Source: Candidatus Omnitrophota bacterium (GTDB lineage: Bacteria; Omnitrophota; Gorgyraeia; Zapsychrales; Fredricksoniimonadaceae). Taken from it: 64,000 bases of DNA. Numbering within the stretch: the first letter of the stretch is position 1; each line of letters starts with the position of its first letter. The notes beneath the pieces are model-generated. The model did not search any database. It saw only the letters and a program-made list of their open reading frames with translations, and was not told where the DNA came from. The position numbers and the translations under genes were made by a program. Shown here piece after piece: positions 9,319 through 18,536 of the stretch. The stretch covers positions 728,991 through 792,990 of the forward strand of contig JBGAJA010000002.1 in NCBI GenBank assembly GCA_044225175.1, read 5' to 3'.

Positions 9319-10022
9319 ATCTGATCTTATTTTCAAAAAAAGATATGACCTCTTCGAATGTCATTCATTTAACTGGAAGAAGGTTCGAACATATCAAGAA
9401 TATTCTAAAACCTAAGGTGGGTGATTTTTTATCTGTGGGGAAGTTCAATAATCTTGTTGGACAAGGTAAGGTTATTAATCTTGAAAAAGAATCAATTGAT
9501 CTAGAAGTTAAGTTAAATCAAAAGCCCCCTGCAGGTTTAGATATAATTGTTGTGATGGCTTTGCCTCGTCCACCGATGCTCAAACGCTCTTTGCAATGCC
9601 TATCTTCCCTGGGAATCAAGAAGATTATTATTCTCAATTGTCACAGAGTCGAAAAAAGTCTTTGGCAATCTTCAGCTTTGAAGAAAGAATCCATTCATGA
9701 AGACTTGATTTTGGGATTAGAGCAATCTAAAGATACGATTCTGCCAGAAGTAGTACTAGAGCCTAAGTTTAAACCTTTTGTGCAGGATCAACTTCCTAAG
9801 ATTATTAGGAATAGAAAATCTTTTGTAGCTCATCCCGGATCAAAGAAAATTCTTCCCAAAGTTGGAAAAACCCCCAGTCTTTTAGTCATAGGCCCTGAAG
9901 GGGGATTGGTAGACTTTGAAATCGACCTATTGAAAAATGCAGGCCTTATTCCCGTTCATTTAGGAACTCGTATCTTACGTTTTGAAAATGCCTTGTGTTA
10001 TGCTCTGGGGAAGATGTCTTAG
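9315..10022 (+). CDS. rsmE: 16S rRNA (uracil1498-N3)-methyltransferase RsmE-like
   Basis: 235 aa; PUA-like N-terminus and SPOUT-type C-terminus (ALPRPPMLKR, LGIKKIIILN, GPEGGL). Confidence 0.75.
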   Translation: MNLILFSKKDMTSSNVIHLTGRRFEHIKNILKPKVGDFLSVGKFNNLVGQGKVINLEKESIDLEVKLNQKPPAGLDIIVVMALPRPPMLKRSLQCLSSLGIKKIIILNCHRVEKSLWQSSALKKESIHEDLILGLEQSKDTILPEVVLEPKFKPFVQDQLPKIIRNRKSFVAHPGSKKILPKVGKTPSLLVIGPEGGLVDFEIDLLKNAGLIPVHLGTRILRFENALCYALGKMS

Positions 10023-10093
10023 AGGGTATTGAACGTTGACTTAAGCTATAAGTGAGTGTTAATATACCGTCCTATTTTAGATAATTTTATTAT

Positions 10094-10167
10094 CGGGGCG
10101 TAGCGCAGTTGGCTAGCGCGCAACGTTCGGGACGTTGAGGTCGACGGTTCGAGCCCGTCCGTCCCGA
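10094..10167 (+). tRNA. tRNA-Pro (anticodon CGG)
   Basis: Manually folded cloverleaf: acceptor CGGGGCG/CGTCCCG (one G-U), D stem GCGC/GCGC, anticodon stem CAACG/CGTTG with loop TTCGGGA, T stem GACGG/CCGTC with loop TTCGAGC, discriminator A. 74 nt; no encoded CCA. Confidence 0.8.
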
Positions 10168-10181
10168 TTTAATATAGGTAT

Positions 10182-10457
10182 ATGAATATGGTTCGAGCCC
10201 ATGTGATCTTCTCTGGCGCCGTTCAAGGCGTTGGCTTTCGTTTCACCACCAAAGGTTTTGCCTCCAATCTCAGGATTACTGGCTGGGTCAAGAATCTTTC
10301 TGATGGCCGTGTGGAAATGGTCGCTGAAGGGTCTCGTGAAGCTTTGGAAAATTTACTCTATAAGCTGGATAAGAAGTTTGAGGGAAGAATCACTCATAAA
10401 GATGTAGATTGGATGAACGCTAAAGGCGGTTTATCTAATTTTGATATTACCTATTAA
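10182..10457 (+). CDS. acyP: Acylphosphatase
   Basis: 91 aa; VxGxVQGVGFR and GWVKNxxDGxVE motifs. Confidence 0.85.
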   Translation: MNMVRAHVIFSGAVQGVGFRFTTKGFASNLRITGWVKNLSDGRVEMVAEGSREALENLLYKLDKKFEGRITHKDVDWMNAKGGLSNFDITY

Positions 10458-12450
10458 TATGAATCCCAAACAAGCCAAAGAGCAAATTGAACACCTTTCT
10501 CACGAATTACAAGAGCACAATCATCGCTATTATGTGCTTAACCAGCCATCTATTTCTGATGAGGAATACGATGTCCTTTTAAAAAAATTGATTGCTCTCG
10601 AAGAAGAATTTCCAAAGTATAAAACACCTAATTCACCAAGCCAAAGAGTAGGTAGCAAAGTTGAAGGAAACCTGCCTGTTGTAACCCATCGTATTAAGAT
10701 GCTTTCTTTAGATAACACATATTCGATTGATGAAGTTAATGCCTGGTATGATCGAGTCATCAAAGGTTTAGGAAAAGCTCCTGGGTTGACGGTTGAACCT
10801 AAGATCGATGGAGTAAGTTGTTCATTGACTTATTCTAAAGGTCAATTAATTATGGCTGCAACCCGTGGGGATGGATCCACTGGAGAAAATGTGACCCATA
10901 ATGCCAGGACCATAAGAACAATCCCACTAGAACTTAAAGGCAAGGTTCCTAATTTGTTGGAAGTTCGTGGGGAAGTTTATATGGAAAAACAAGATTTTGC
11001 CAAAATGAACCGTGAGCGTAAGGAGAGCCAGGAAGAACTCTTTGTTAATCCTAGAAATGCAGCCAGCGGTGCTTTAAAGCTCTTGGATAGTCGTTTAACG
11101 GCTAAACGGCATTTAAAATTCTTTGCTCATTCGTTTGCTGTAATTCAAGGTGAAGCAATGCCTGAAGGTCAATGGGAATTTCTTCAGAAATGCAAAGATT
11201 ATGGGTTCTCTATAAATCCATTTAGTCATTTGTGCGCAGATCTTCAGGAAGTTCTTAGTTTTTGTCAAAGTATACAAGAGAAGAGGCAAGAGCTTTCTTA
11301 TGATGTGGATGGAATTGTGATTAAAGTTAACGATTTTAAGAGTCAAGCTCAACTGGGAACCACCCAAAAAAGTCCACGTTGGGCTGTTGCTTTTAAATTT
11401 CCCGCTTACCAAGCAACAACGACAATCAGAGAGATCAATGTTCAAGTTGGTCGTACGGGTGTAATAACGCCAGTTGCGGAATTGGAACCAGTGTTTTGCG
11501 GAGGTGTTACAATTTCAAGAGCTACATTGCATAATTTTGATGAAGTTAGACGCTTGGGAGTCAATGTTAGAGATAAAGTTTTAATTGAACGGGCAGGAGA
11601 CGTTATCCCAAAGATTGTTAAAGTTACTGAAAAGTTATCTAAAGGAAATTTTAAGTTGCCTGATAACTGTCCTTCTTGTGGGGCCAAGATCGTTAAAGAA
11701 GACTTAGAACAAGTAGCATTTAGGTGCGTTAATCATTCTTGTCCTAAACAATTAGAAGGAAGGTTGCTACATTTTGCTTCCAGGCGAGCTATGGATATTG
11801 AGGGCTTTGGAGAGGCTGTTGTGAAGCAGCTTTTAGAAAAAGGAATTCTTAAAAATTTTTCTGATATTTATCACCTGACCAAAGAAGATCTTTTAACTCT
11901 TGATTTATTCGCTGATAAAAAAGCAGAAAAATTAATAGATGCTATTGAGAAAAGCAAGAAACAATCCCTATCTCGATTGATTTATGCTCTTGGTATTGCT
12001 AATATCGGAGAGAAAGCAGCCAGTGTTCTTGCTGATCACTTCGGATCTATGCAAACGTTAATGAAGGCCCAAGCAGAAGAACTTCAATCCATTTATGAAG
12101 TAGGTCCCATCATGGCGGCAGAAGTTGTTAATTTCTTTTCTCAAAGTCAGGTTAAAAGTTTAATTAAAGATCTTGGTGAGCTTGGTTTGAATATGAACCA
12201 AGAAAAGACAATAAAGTCCGATAAGCTCGCGGGAAAGAAGTTTGTTTTTACCGGTGAGCTTGAAGGTATTAGCCGGGACCAAGCCGGAGAAATTGTTCGA
12301 AATTTAGGAGGAGAAGTGTCTTCTTCGGTCAGTTCTAAGACGGATTATGTCGTTGCAGGAGAGAGTGCAGGATCTAAATACAATAAAGCTAAACAATTAA
12401 AATTAACAATTCTCAATCTAGAACAGTTTAAGGAGTTGACTAATGGCTAA
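10441..12450 (+). CDS. ligA: NAD-dependent DNA ligase
   Basis: 669 aa; adenylation KIDG motif; OB fold; four-Cys zinc finger (CPSCGA...CVNHSCP); HhH; C-terminal BRCT region. Confidence 0.95.
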   Translation: MILPINMNPKQAKEQIEHLSHELQEHNHRYYVLNQPSISDEEYDVLLKKLIALEEEFPKYKTPNSPSQRVGSKVEGNLPVVTHRIKMLSLDNTYSIDEVNAWYDRVIKGLGKAPGLTVEPKIDGVSCSLTYSKGQLIMAATRGDGSTGENVTHNARTIRTIPLELKGKVPNLLEVRGEVYMEKQDFAKMNRERKESQEELFVNPRNAASGALKLLDSRLTAKRHLKFFAHSFAVIQGEAMPEGQWEFLQKCKDYGFSINPFSHLCADLQEVLSFCQSIQEKRQELSYDVDGIVIKVNDFKSQAQLGTTQKSPRWAVAFKFPAYQATTTIREINVQVGRTGVITPVAELEPVFCGGVTISRATLHNFDEVRRLGVNVRDKVLIERAGDVIPKIVKVTEKLSKGNFKLPDNCPSCGAKIVKEDLEQVAFRCVNHSCPKQLEGRLLHFASRRAMDIEGFGEAVVKQLLEKGILKNFSDIYHLTKEDLLTLDLFADKKAEKLIDAIEKSKKQSLSRLIYALGIANIGEKAASVLADHFGSMQTLMKAQAEELQSIYEVGPIMAAEVVNFFSQSQVKSLIKDLGELGLNMNQEKTIKSDKLAGKKFVFTGELEGISRDQAGEIVRNLGGEVSSSVSSKTDYVVAGESAGSKYNKAKQLKLTILNLEQFKELTNG

Positions 12451-12967
12451 ACGCCTTTTGAATCGTTCCATGCTCGTGAATGTCGTATTAATGTTGATAG
12501 TGGTTTTATGTTTGTCATCTTGTGAGGCATGGCGTAAGAAATTTATACGTCATAAAAAAGAAGGTGCAAATCCAGCATCGGAAGCACAGCCAATTCTTGA
12601 GCCGCAAGAATATCCTGCTCTAGAGAATAATGCCCCAGAGCTTTATAAACAGCATTATGCTCTTATTAAAGTTTGGTATAAGGACTTGTGGACTGGGATT
12701 GAAGAAAGGAATACCGATTCTTCCGTGAGATATGGCATTAAGCAGATTAATGAACATCTTGAAGAAATGAAGAAGTTATTAAAGCCTGAAAAGGTTGCAG
12801 ATTTAAATAAATTATCAGATTTGCTTAAATTTTATCAAACATCATTAGATCAGCCCAGAATGGTTCGTAATTATGCCAGGATTCAAAGTGATCTTCGTGC
12901 TTTTGACCGTCTGCTTAGAAAAGAGTTTCGCCAAGATGCGGTTAAAGAGGATTTGCTCCTTAAATGA
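12443..12967 (+). CDS. Hypothetical lipoprotein
   Basis: Signal peptide with lipobox (VVLCLSSC); 174 aa; no further motifs. Confidence 0.55.
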   Translation: MAKRLLNRSMLVNVVLMLIVVLCLSSCEAWRKKFIRHKKEGANPASEAQPILEPQEYPALENNAPELYKQHYALIKVWYKDLWTGIEERNTDSSVRYGIKQINEHLEEMKKLLKPEKVADLNKLSDLLKFYQTSLDQPRMVRNYARIQSDLRAFDRLLRKEFRQDAVKEDLLLK

Positions 12968-13851
12968 AAGATCTAATTGGTGAATTTATCAATTACCTCT
13001 CTGTTGAGCGGGGATTAGCTAAAAACACTCTTTTGGCTTATACAAAAGATTTGGAGAAATATACCGTGTTTCTTTCGGGTTCTAAGATCCAATCTCCTGA
13101 TCAAGTAAAACGTGAGCACGTCACAAATTTTATGATGAAGCTAAAGAAAGATGGAATGTCAGCCACATCCATTTGCCGTCATTTGGCGGCGGTCAAGATG
13201 TTCCATCGTTTTATGGTCAGGGAAAGCTTTTCTAAAGAAGATCCAACTACTTTGATTGATACTCCTAAGCTTTTTAAAAGAGTCCCTGAGGTTCTGACTC
13301 AAAAGGAAATTGAAGCTATTTTAGAAGCTGCACAGAAAGTTAAATCGAAAGATCAACGAGATTATGTAATTATTGAATTATTTTATGCTTCTGGCATGCG
13401 TGTTTCAGAGTTGGTAGATTTGAAGATGACAAGTGTAAATTTTGATGTTGGCTTTGTACGGGCGATGGGAAAGGGCAGTAAGGAAAGGATCATTCCTATT
13501 GGCAAGAAAGCACTCCAAGCACTCACGTTTTACTGTGACAAAATTCGTCCACGATTGCTTAAGAAAACTTCGACAGATATCTTGTTCTTAAGCCGTTTAG
13601 GAAAGAGGCTGAGTCGACAAAGTGTATGGAGCGTCATTAAAAGCTATGCTCGTTTAGCTGGAATCAAGAAGAATATTAAGCCCCATACATTGCGACATAC
13701 ATTTGCAACTCATCTGCTAGAGCATGGAGCAGATTTACGTTCAGTTCAAGAAATGCTAGGACATTCTGATATTTCGACGACACAAATTTATACCCATGTG
13801 GATCGCGAACGTTTAAAGAGTGTGCATAAAGAATTTCATCCGCGTGGATAA
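12964..13851 (+). CDS. Tyrosine site-specific recombinase, XerC/XerD family
   Basis: C-terminal catalytic region HTLRHTFATHLLEHGADLRSVQEMLGHSDISTTQIYTHV with R-H-R-Y residues. Confidence 0.9.
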   Translation: MKDLIGEFINYLSVERGLAKNTLLAYTKDLEKYTVFLSGSKIQSPDQVKREHVTNFMMKLKKDGMSATSICRHLAAVKMFHRFMVRESFSKEDPTTLIDTPKLFKRVPEVLTQKEIEAILEAAQKVKSKDQRDYVIIELFYASGMRVSELVDLKMTSVNFDVGFVRAMGKGSKERIIPIGKKALQALTFYCDKIRPRLLKKTSTDILFLSRLGKRLSRQSVWSVIKSYARLAGIKKNIKPHTLRHTFATHLLEHGADLRSVQEMLGHSDISTTQIYTHVDRERLKSVHKEFHPRG

Positions 13852-13855
13852 GATT

Positions 13856-14581
13856 ATGAAAAATATACTTACCAAATTGGATCATCAAACAAGCAAAATT
13901 CTTAAAGACATTGGCCAGTTAGCCAGTGAGCTGGATGTTCGTGTCTATTTAGTGGGCGGCCCTGTCAGAGATCTTCTTTTAGGAAAAGATAATTTAGATA
14001 TCGATGTAACCGTTGAAGGTAATGCTATTCGTTTGGCAGAGATTTTTGGTAAAACTCACCAAGCAAAAGAAATTGTTCGTTATCAAGCATTTAAAACAGC
14101 TACTGTATCCTTGTCCAAGGATCAGATCGTTGATTTTGCTACAGCTAGGAAAGAGGTGTATATTCGTCCTGGGGCTTTTCCAACTGTCACTCCTTCAACT
14201 ATTGAGGATGATCTTTATAGAAGAGATTTTACAATCAATGCAATTGCGATCAGTATTAATTTTGAAACATGGGGTAAGATGGTGGATCCCTATGGTGGCC
14301 AGGCTGATTTGAAAGCTAAGAAGATTCGCATCCTTCATCCTAAGAGTTTCGAAGATGACCCTACTCGAATCCTTCGAGCTGCTCGATTTAAAGCCCGTCT
14401 AGGGTTTACAATGGAGAAAAAAACTCTCCAGATTCTGGAGAAATCTGTCCATGGGGGAGCTTTAGAAACAATTAAGAAACAAAGGTATAGAAAAGATTTA
14501 GAGAAAATATTAAAAGAACCAAAATCAAAAGATGTGATCCAATGTTTAAAATCATGGAACGCTTATAAAGAGGAGAAATAA
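13856..14581 (+). CDS. Short (about 242 aa) Pol-beta-family nucleotidyltransferase of the CCA-adding/poly(A)-polymerase family (head and neck only)
   Basis: GGPVRDLLLGKDNLDIDV (GGxVRD...DxD) and RRDFTINAIA motifs. The ORF ends about 1 nt before rbfA with no body/tail domains. The ATG at 13856 is preferred to the overlapping upstream start. Confidence 0.7.
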   Translation: MKNILTKLDHQTSKILKDIGQLASELDVRVYLVGGPVRDLLLGKDNLDIDVTVEGNAIRLAEIFGKTHQAKEIVRYQAFKTATVSLSKDQIVDFATARKEVYIRPGAFPTVTPSTIEDDLYRRDFTINAIAISINFETWGKMVDPYGGQADLKAKKIRILHPKSFEDDPTRILRAARFKARLGFTMEKKTLQILEKSVHGGALETIKKQRYRKDLEKILKEPKSKDVIQCLKSWNAYKEEK

Positions 14582-14582
14582 C

Positions 14583-14942
14583 ATGCGTATTGATCGAGTC
14601 AATGAGGTCATTAAACGAGAGCTTGGGAACATGTTTTTAATGGGTGAAATTAATGATCCAAGAGTTCGTTTGGTGACCATTTTAAACGTGGATGTCAGTA
14701 AGGATCTTCAACATGCTCGTGTGAGATTCAGTGTTCTAAGCGACGATCCTAAAGATATTAAGAATGCCACAGAAGGGTTAAAAAATAGCAGTGGTTTTAT
14801 CCGTAAAATAATCGCTTCAAAAGTGGTATTACGTTACATTCCTGAGTTTCAGTTTATTTTTGATAAAGGTATCTCCCATGCAGCAAAGATTGATGCGACA
14901 TTAGAAGAAATTAAAAATACATTAACCAAAGGTAAATCATGA
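14583..14942 (+). CDS. rbfA: Ribosome-binding factor A
   Basis: 119 aa; RVNEVIKRELG...VTILNVDVSKDLQHARV typical RbfA KH-like signature. Confidence 0.9.
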   Translation: MRIDRVNEVIKRELGNMFLMGEINDPRVRLVTILNVDVSKDLQHARVRFSVLSDDPKDIKNATEGLKNSSGFIRKIIASKVVLRYIPEFQFIFDKGISHAAKIDATLEEIKNTLTKGKS

Positions 14943-15901
14943 GTTCATTAAAACAAGTTTGGTCGCATATTAAGAAGTATAAGAGTTTTTTAATTTGCAC
15001 TCATCATAACCCAGATGCGGATGCTGCTTCTTCAGCTCTAAGTATGGCTCTTGTCTTAAAAAAGATGGGCAAGAAAACGCATATTGTCAATGATGACAAT
15101 CTCCCTGAGTGGCTGGGGTTTTTGCCTGGCGCTAAGAGCTTTAAAAAGAGAGCGGACATTAAAAAGATTCCAAGCTTTGACTGTGTCATCATTCTAGATG
15201 CGGGTGAAATTGATCGTATTGGTGGTGTACGTAAATGGATTACTGGTCAAAGCATCATTAATATCGATCATCATGTAACCAATGATAATTTTGGCTTACT
15301 TAATGTGGTGTGGCCCAAAGCTTCTTCTACATGCGAAGTACTCTTTGATTTATTTAAAGAAGCTAAGGTCAAGATGAATAAAGATTTGGCTGTGCTTTTA
15401 TATGCTGGAATTATGACGGATACAGGGTCATTTCGTTTTGAGAATACCAATTCAACGACCCATGCCATTGCCAGTGAGTTGTTGAAATTTGGATTATCAG
15501 TCTCTGATTTACACAGCCGTTTGTATGTGGGAATTCCTGTCAAAGACATTCGAGGGTTTATCGGTGTTATTCATAACTCCGAGCTTCTTTTAAATAATAA
15601 GGTCTATTGTGTTATGTTGCCTCAGTCAATCACGCAGTCTTTTTCAAAGAAATTTGATTTGAAGGAAAAGATTTTTAGTTTCTTGCGTTCAGTGGAGGGA
15701 ATTGAGGTTGTGGTGATTCTCCATGAACTAAATTCAAAACTTACTCGAGTGAACTTACGCAGCCAGAATAATTTTGATGTAGCCAAGCTGGCTAGCCAAT
15801 TTCAAGGTGGCGGCCACAGAAAAGCAGCCGGTGCCAAAATAGATGCTAATTTAAACGAATCCAAGAAAAAGATTTTGACTGCAATTAGGAAAGCTTTATG
15901 A
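14939..15901 (+). CDS. nrnA: DHH/DHHA1 phosphoesterase NrnA (nanoRNase/pAp phosphatase)
   Basis: ICTHHNPDADAASS, IDHHVTN (DHH) and GGGH (DHHA1) motifs. Confidence 0.85.
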   Translation: MSSLKQVWSHIKKYKSFLICTHHNPDADAASSALSMALVLKKMGKKTHIVNDDNLPEWLGFLPGAKSFKKRADIKKIPSFDCVIILDAGEIDRIGGVRKWITGQSIINIDHHVTNDNFGLLNVVWPKASSTCEVLFDLFKEAKVKMNKDLAVLLYAGIMTDTGSFRFENTNSTTHAIASELLKFGLSVSDLHSRLYVGIPVKDIRGFIGVIHNSELLLNNKVYCVMLPQSITQSFSKKFDLKEKIFSFLRSVEGIEVVVILHELNSKLTRVNLRSQNNFDVAKLASQFQGGGHRKAAGAKIDANLNESKKKILTAIRKAL

Positions 15902-16961
15902 AGAATCAAGTAATCAAAAAGAGAATGGCGGGTGGGTATCAAAAGTTAATAACAGATATAGCGGGCATTATTACGTATGGACGTAATCAGAGCATTCAAG
16001 CTATTGATGTAATACAAGCGCAAACATATTGGTGTATTGGCAAAGAGATTGTCGAATATGAACAGGGTGGAAAAACACGTGCTGAATATGGTGATGGTTT
16101 AATAACACGGCTTTCATTGGATATGATGAAACGCTTTGGCAAAGGATTTTCTGAGACAAATCTTAAAATGATGAGATTGTTTTATCAGTCGTTTCCAATT
16201 CGTCAGTCGGTGTCTGACAAATCAATGAAAAACGAAGTTCGGCAAATTCGTCAGACACTGTCTGACGAATTTAAACCAAAGCTTTCATGGTCGCACTATT
16301 GCGAATTACTGAAGGAAGATAATCTTCAAGCCAGGGCTTTTTATGAAATTGAAGCTTCCGAAAATGGATGGTCAATGCGTGAGCTTAGGCGACAGATGGA
16401 TTCGCTTTTATATGAGAGGCTTGCTTTGAGTCGTAATAAGCAAAAGGTTAAAGCGCTGGCACGCAAGGGGCAGATCATTGAAAAACCTGAGGATGCTGTC
16501 AAAGATCCATATATTTTAGAATTCTTGGGCCTTAAAGAAGAAAATGAATATACAGAAAGCCAGCTTGAAAGTGCAAGTATTGATAAGCTTCAGCATTTTT
16601 TACTTGAAATGGGAAAGGGTTTTACCTTTGTTGCTCGTCAGAAGCGCATCACTATGATCAATCGGCATTATTTCATTGATCTCGTTTTATATAATCGATT
16701 CCTTAAATGTTTGTGCTTGTAGATTTTAAACGTGGTGAATTGACTCATGCCGATGCGGGACAGATGAATTTTTATCTGAATTACTTTCGTGACAATGAAA
16801 TGGCTCAAGGGGAAAATCCTCCGATTGGGATTATTCTTTGTTCGAAAAAACATGCTGTCTATGCCAAGTATGTTCTTGGAAATTTAAACAATAAAATATT
16901 TGCTTCAAAATATAAGTTAAGTTTGCCGACAGAGAAGGAATTATCCATATTAGTCGATTAA
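15898..16961 (+). pseudogene. YhcG-like (DUF1016) PDDEXK nuclease-family protein, interrupted by a frameshift (or sequencing error) in a T-run
   Basis: ORF 15898-16722 ends ...FIDLVLYNRFLKCLCL*; ORF 16707-16961 in the -1 frame continues FVLVDFKRGELTHADAGQMNFYLNYF...PPIGIILC. The two parts are colinear with the single-polypeptide YhcG pattern (FIDLLFYH.LRCYVVIELK...FYL...IGIILC). Restoring one T in TGTTTG (about 16710-16716) fuses them. Confidence 0.6.
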
Positions 16962-16963
16962 TT

Positions 16964-17641
16964 TTGGGAGATGACATGAAAGAAGGGATTTTGATTATTA
17001 ATAAACCACCAGGAATCACATCTCACGATGTGGTTTCTCGAGTGCGTCGGACATTCAATATGAAACAAGTAGGGCATGCGGGTACACTTGATCCTTTAGC
17101 AACGGGAGTATTGATTATTCTGTTGGGCAAGGCAACTAAGCTTTTTGATCGATTCGTGGCTTTTGATAAGAGCTATCGAGCAACATTAAAGTTGGGCCTT
17201 AAAACGACTTCTGCAGATATTATGGGTGCGACGATCGAAGAAAAACCTTTTAATGAAATTGATGAGAACCAAGTCAGGCAGGTATTTGAAAGGTTTACAG
17301 GAGATATTGAACAAATGCCGCCTATGGTTTCTGCAGTGAAACATAAGGGTGAGCGTCTCTATAAGATTGCGCGTAAAGGAAAACAAGTAGAGAGAATTGC
17401 TCGAAAAGTTAGGATTGATGAATTAAAAATTTTGAAATTTGATAGCCCATCAGTTGAGTTTCTTATGTCCTGCTCTAAAGGAACCTATGTTCGTCAACTG
17501 GCGGAAGATGTGGGTGATGTATTAGGCTGCGGGGCGTGTATTTCACAAATTGAACGAACACGCGTGGGTCATTTTGATATTAAAGACTCGATCAAGCTTG
17601 AGGAACTTAATGAAAGTCATATACGACCTTGGAACAACTAA
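16964..17641 (+). CDS. truB: tRNA pseudouridine(55) synthase TruB (no PUA extension)
   Basis: ILIINKPPGITSHDVV...GHAGTLDPLATGVL catalytic Asp motif. Confidence 0.9.
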   Translation: MGDDMKEGILIINKPPGITSHDVVSRVRRTFNMKQVGHAGTLDPLATGVLIILLGKATKLFDRFVAFDKSYRATLKLGLKTTSADIMGATIEEKPFNEIDENQVRQVFERFTGDIEQMPPMVSAVKHKGERLYKIARKGKQVERIARKVRIDELKILKFDSPSVEFLMSCSKGTYVRQLAEDVGDVLGCGACISQIERTRVGHFDIKDSIKLEELNESHIRPWNN

Positions 17642-18536
17642 GCTAAAGTCAACAGTCGTTGCAATCGGTGTTTTCGATGGTGTTCATCGTGGTCACCAGC
17701 TTTTAATTGATAATGCTGTGAAAGAGGCTAAGAGGACTAAAGCTAAGTCGATGGTGATTACATTCTTTCCTCATCCAGCCCATGTACTATCTAAGAATAG
17801 CCAATTACCTTATCTGATGTCTTTAGAACAACGCCTAGAGACTTTTAAATCCAGAGGTGTCGATCTGGTCTGGGTCGTGCGTTTTAATAAGCGTTTTGCT
17901 CAGATCAATCCAAGGTCTTTTATTAAGAAGATCTTGGTACAAAACTTAGGTGTAAAATCTATTTATGTGGGAGAGAATTTCCGTTTTGGCCGTAATCGAA
18001 GTGGAGACATTGATCTGTTTAAAGAGATGTCCAAAGACTTTGGTTTTCAGATTCATCCTTTAAAACCTATCAAAGCAGCAGGGGAGATCATTAGCTCTGG
18101 ACGTTTACGAGCGTTAATTCCTCAAGGGCAGTTGAAACAGGCTGAACGATTATTAGGTCGTCCCGTCTCAATTTTAGGTGAAGTCGTTAAAGGTTCCTCT
18201 CGTGGAAAATTGTTAGGGTACCCAACAGCCAATGTTCAATACAATTGCGATGTTCTTCCGCCAAAGGGTGTATATGCAGTTAGGATTACATGGAAGAATA
18301 AGGTTTATTTTGGTATGGCTAATTTAGGAGTAAGGCCTTCTTTTAAAGAAAATGATCCAAAGCCTCTTTTGGAAGTAAACATATTTGATTTTAATAAGAA
18401 TCTTTATGGGCAGAAGATTCTAGTCGAATTTCTTAAGAAAACTCGAGATGAGCGCTCTTTTTCTTCGAAAGAAGCTTTGATTGGTCAAATTCAAAAAGAT
18501 GAACGCATGATCCGTAGTTTCACTGCCTCGTTATAA
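17610..18536 (+). CDS. ribF: Bifunctional riboflavin kinase/FAD synthetase
   Basis: IGVFDGVHRGHQ nucleotidyltransferase motif; C-terminal riboflavin kinase (GYPTANV, GxRPSF). The start MKVIYDLGTT at 17610 is preferred; the ORF-track start at 17550 overlaps truB. Confidence 0.9.
   Translation: MKVIYDLGTTKLKSTVVAIGVFDGVHRGHQLLIDNAVKEAKRTKAKSMVITFFPHPAHVLSKNSQLPYLMSLEQRLETFKSRGVDLVWVVRFNKRFAQINPRSFIKKILVQNLGVKSIYVGENFRFGRNRSGDIDLFKEMSKDFGFQIHPLKPIKAAGEIISSGRLRALIPQGQLKQAERLLGRPVSILGEVVKGSSRGKLLGYPTANVQYNCDVLPPKGVYAVRITWKNKVYFGMANLGVRPSFKENDPKPLLEVNIFDFNKNLYGQKILVEFLKKTRDERSFSSKEALIGQIQKDERMIRSFTASL

Noticed and set aside
14013-14312. 99-aa internal ORF in an alternative frame within the nucleotidyltransferase gene
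   Set aside because: It is fully nested in a gene with strong motif support; typical shadow ORF.
15898-16961. Programmed frameshift in the YhcG-like gene
   Set aside because: There is no slippery heptamer or stimulatory structure. A single-T indel in a homopolymer is more parsimonious (pseudogene or sequencing error).
17550-17609. Upstream extension of ribF overlapping truB by about 90 nt
   Set aside because: The in-frame ATG at 17610 gives the canonical RibF N-terminus (MKVIYDLG...IGVFDGVHRGH). The long overlap is unnecessary.
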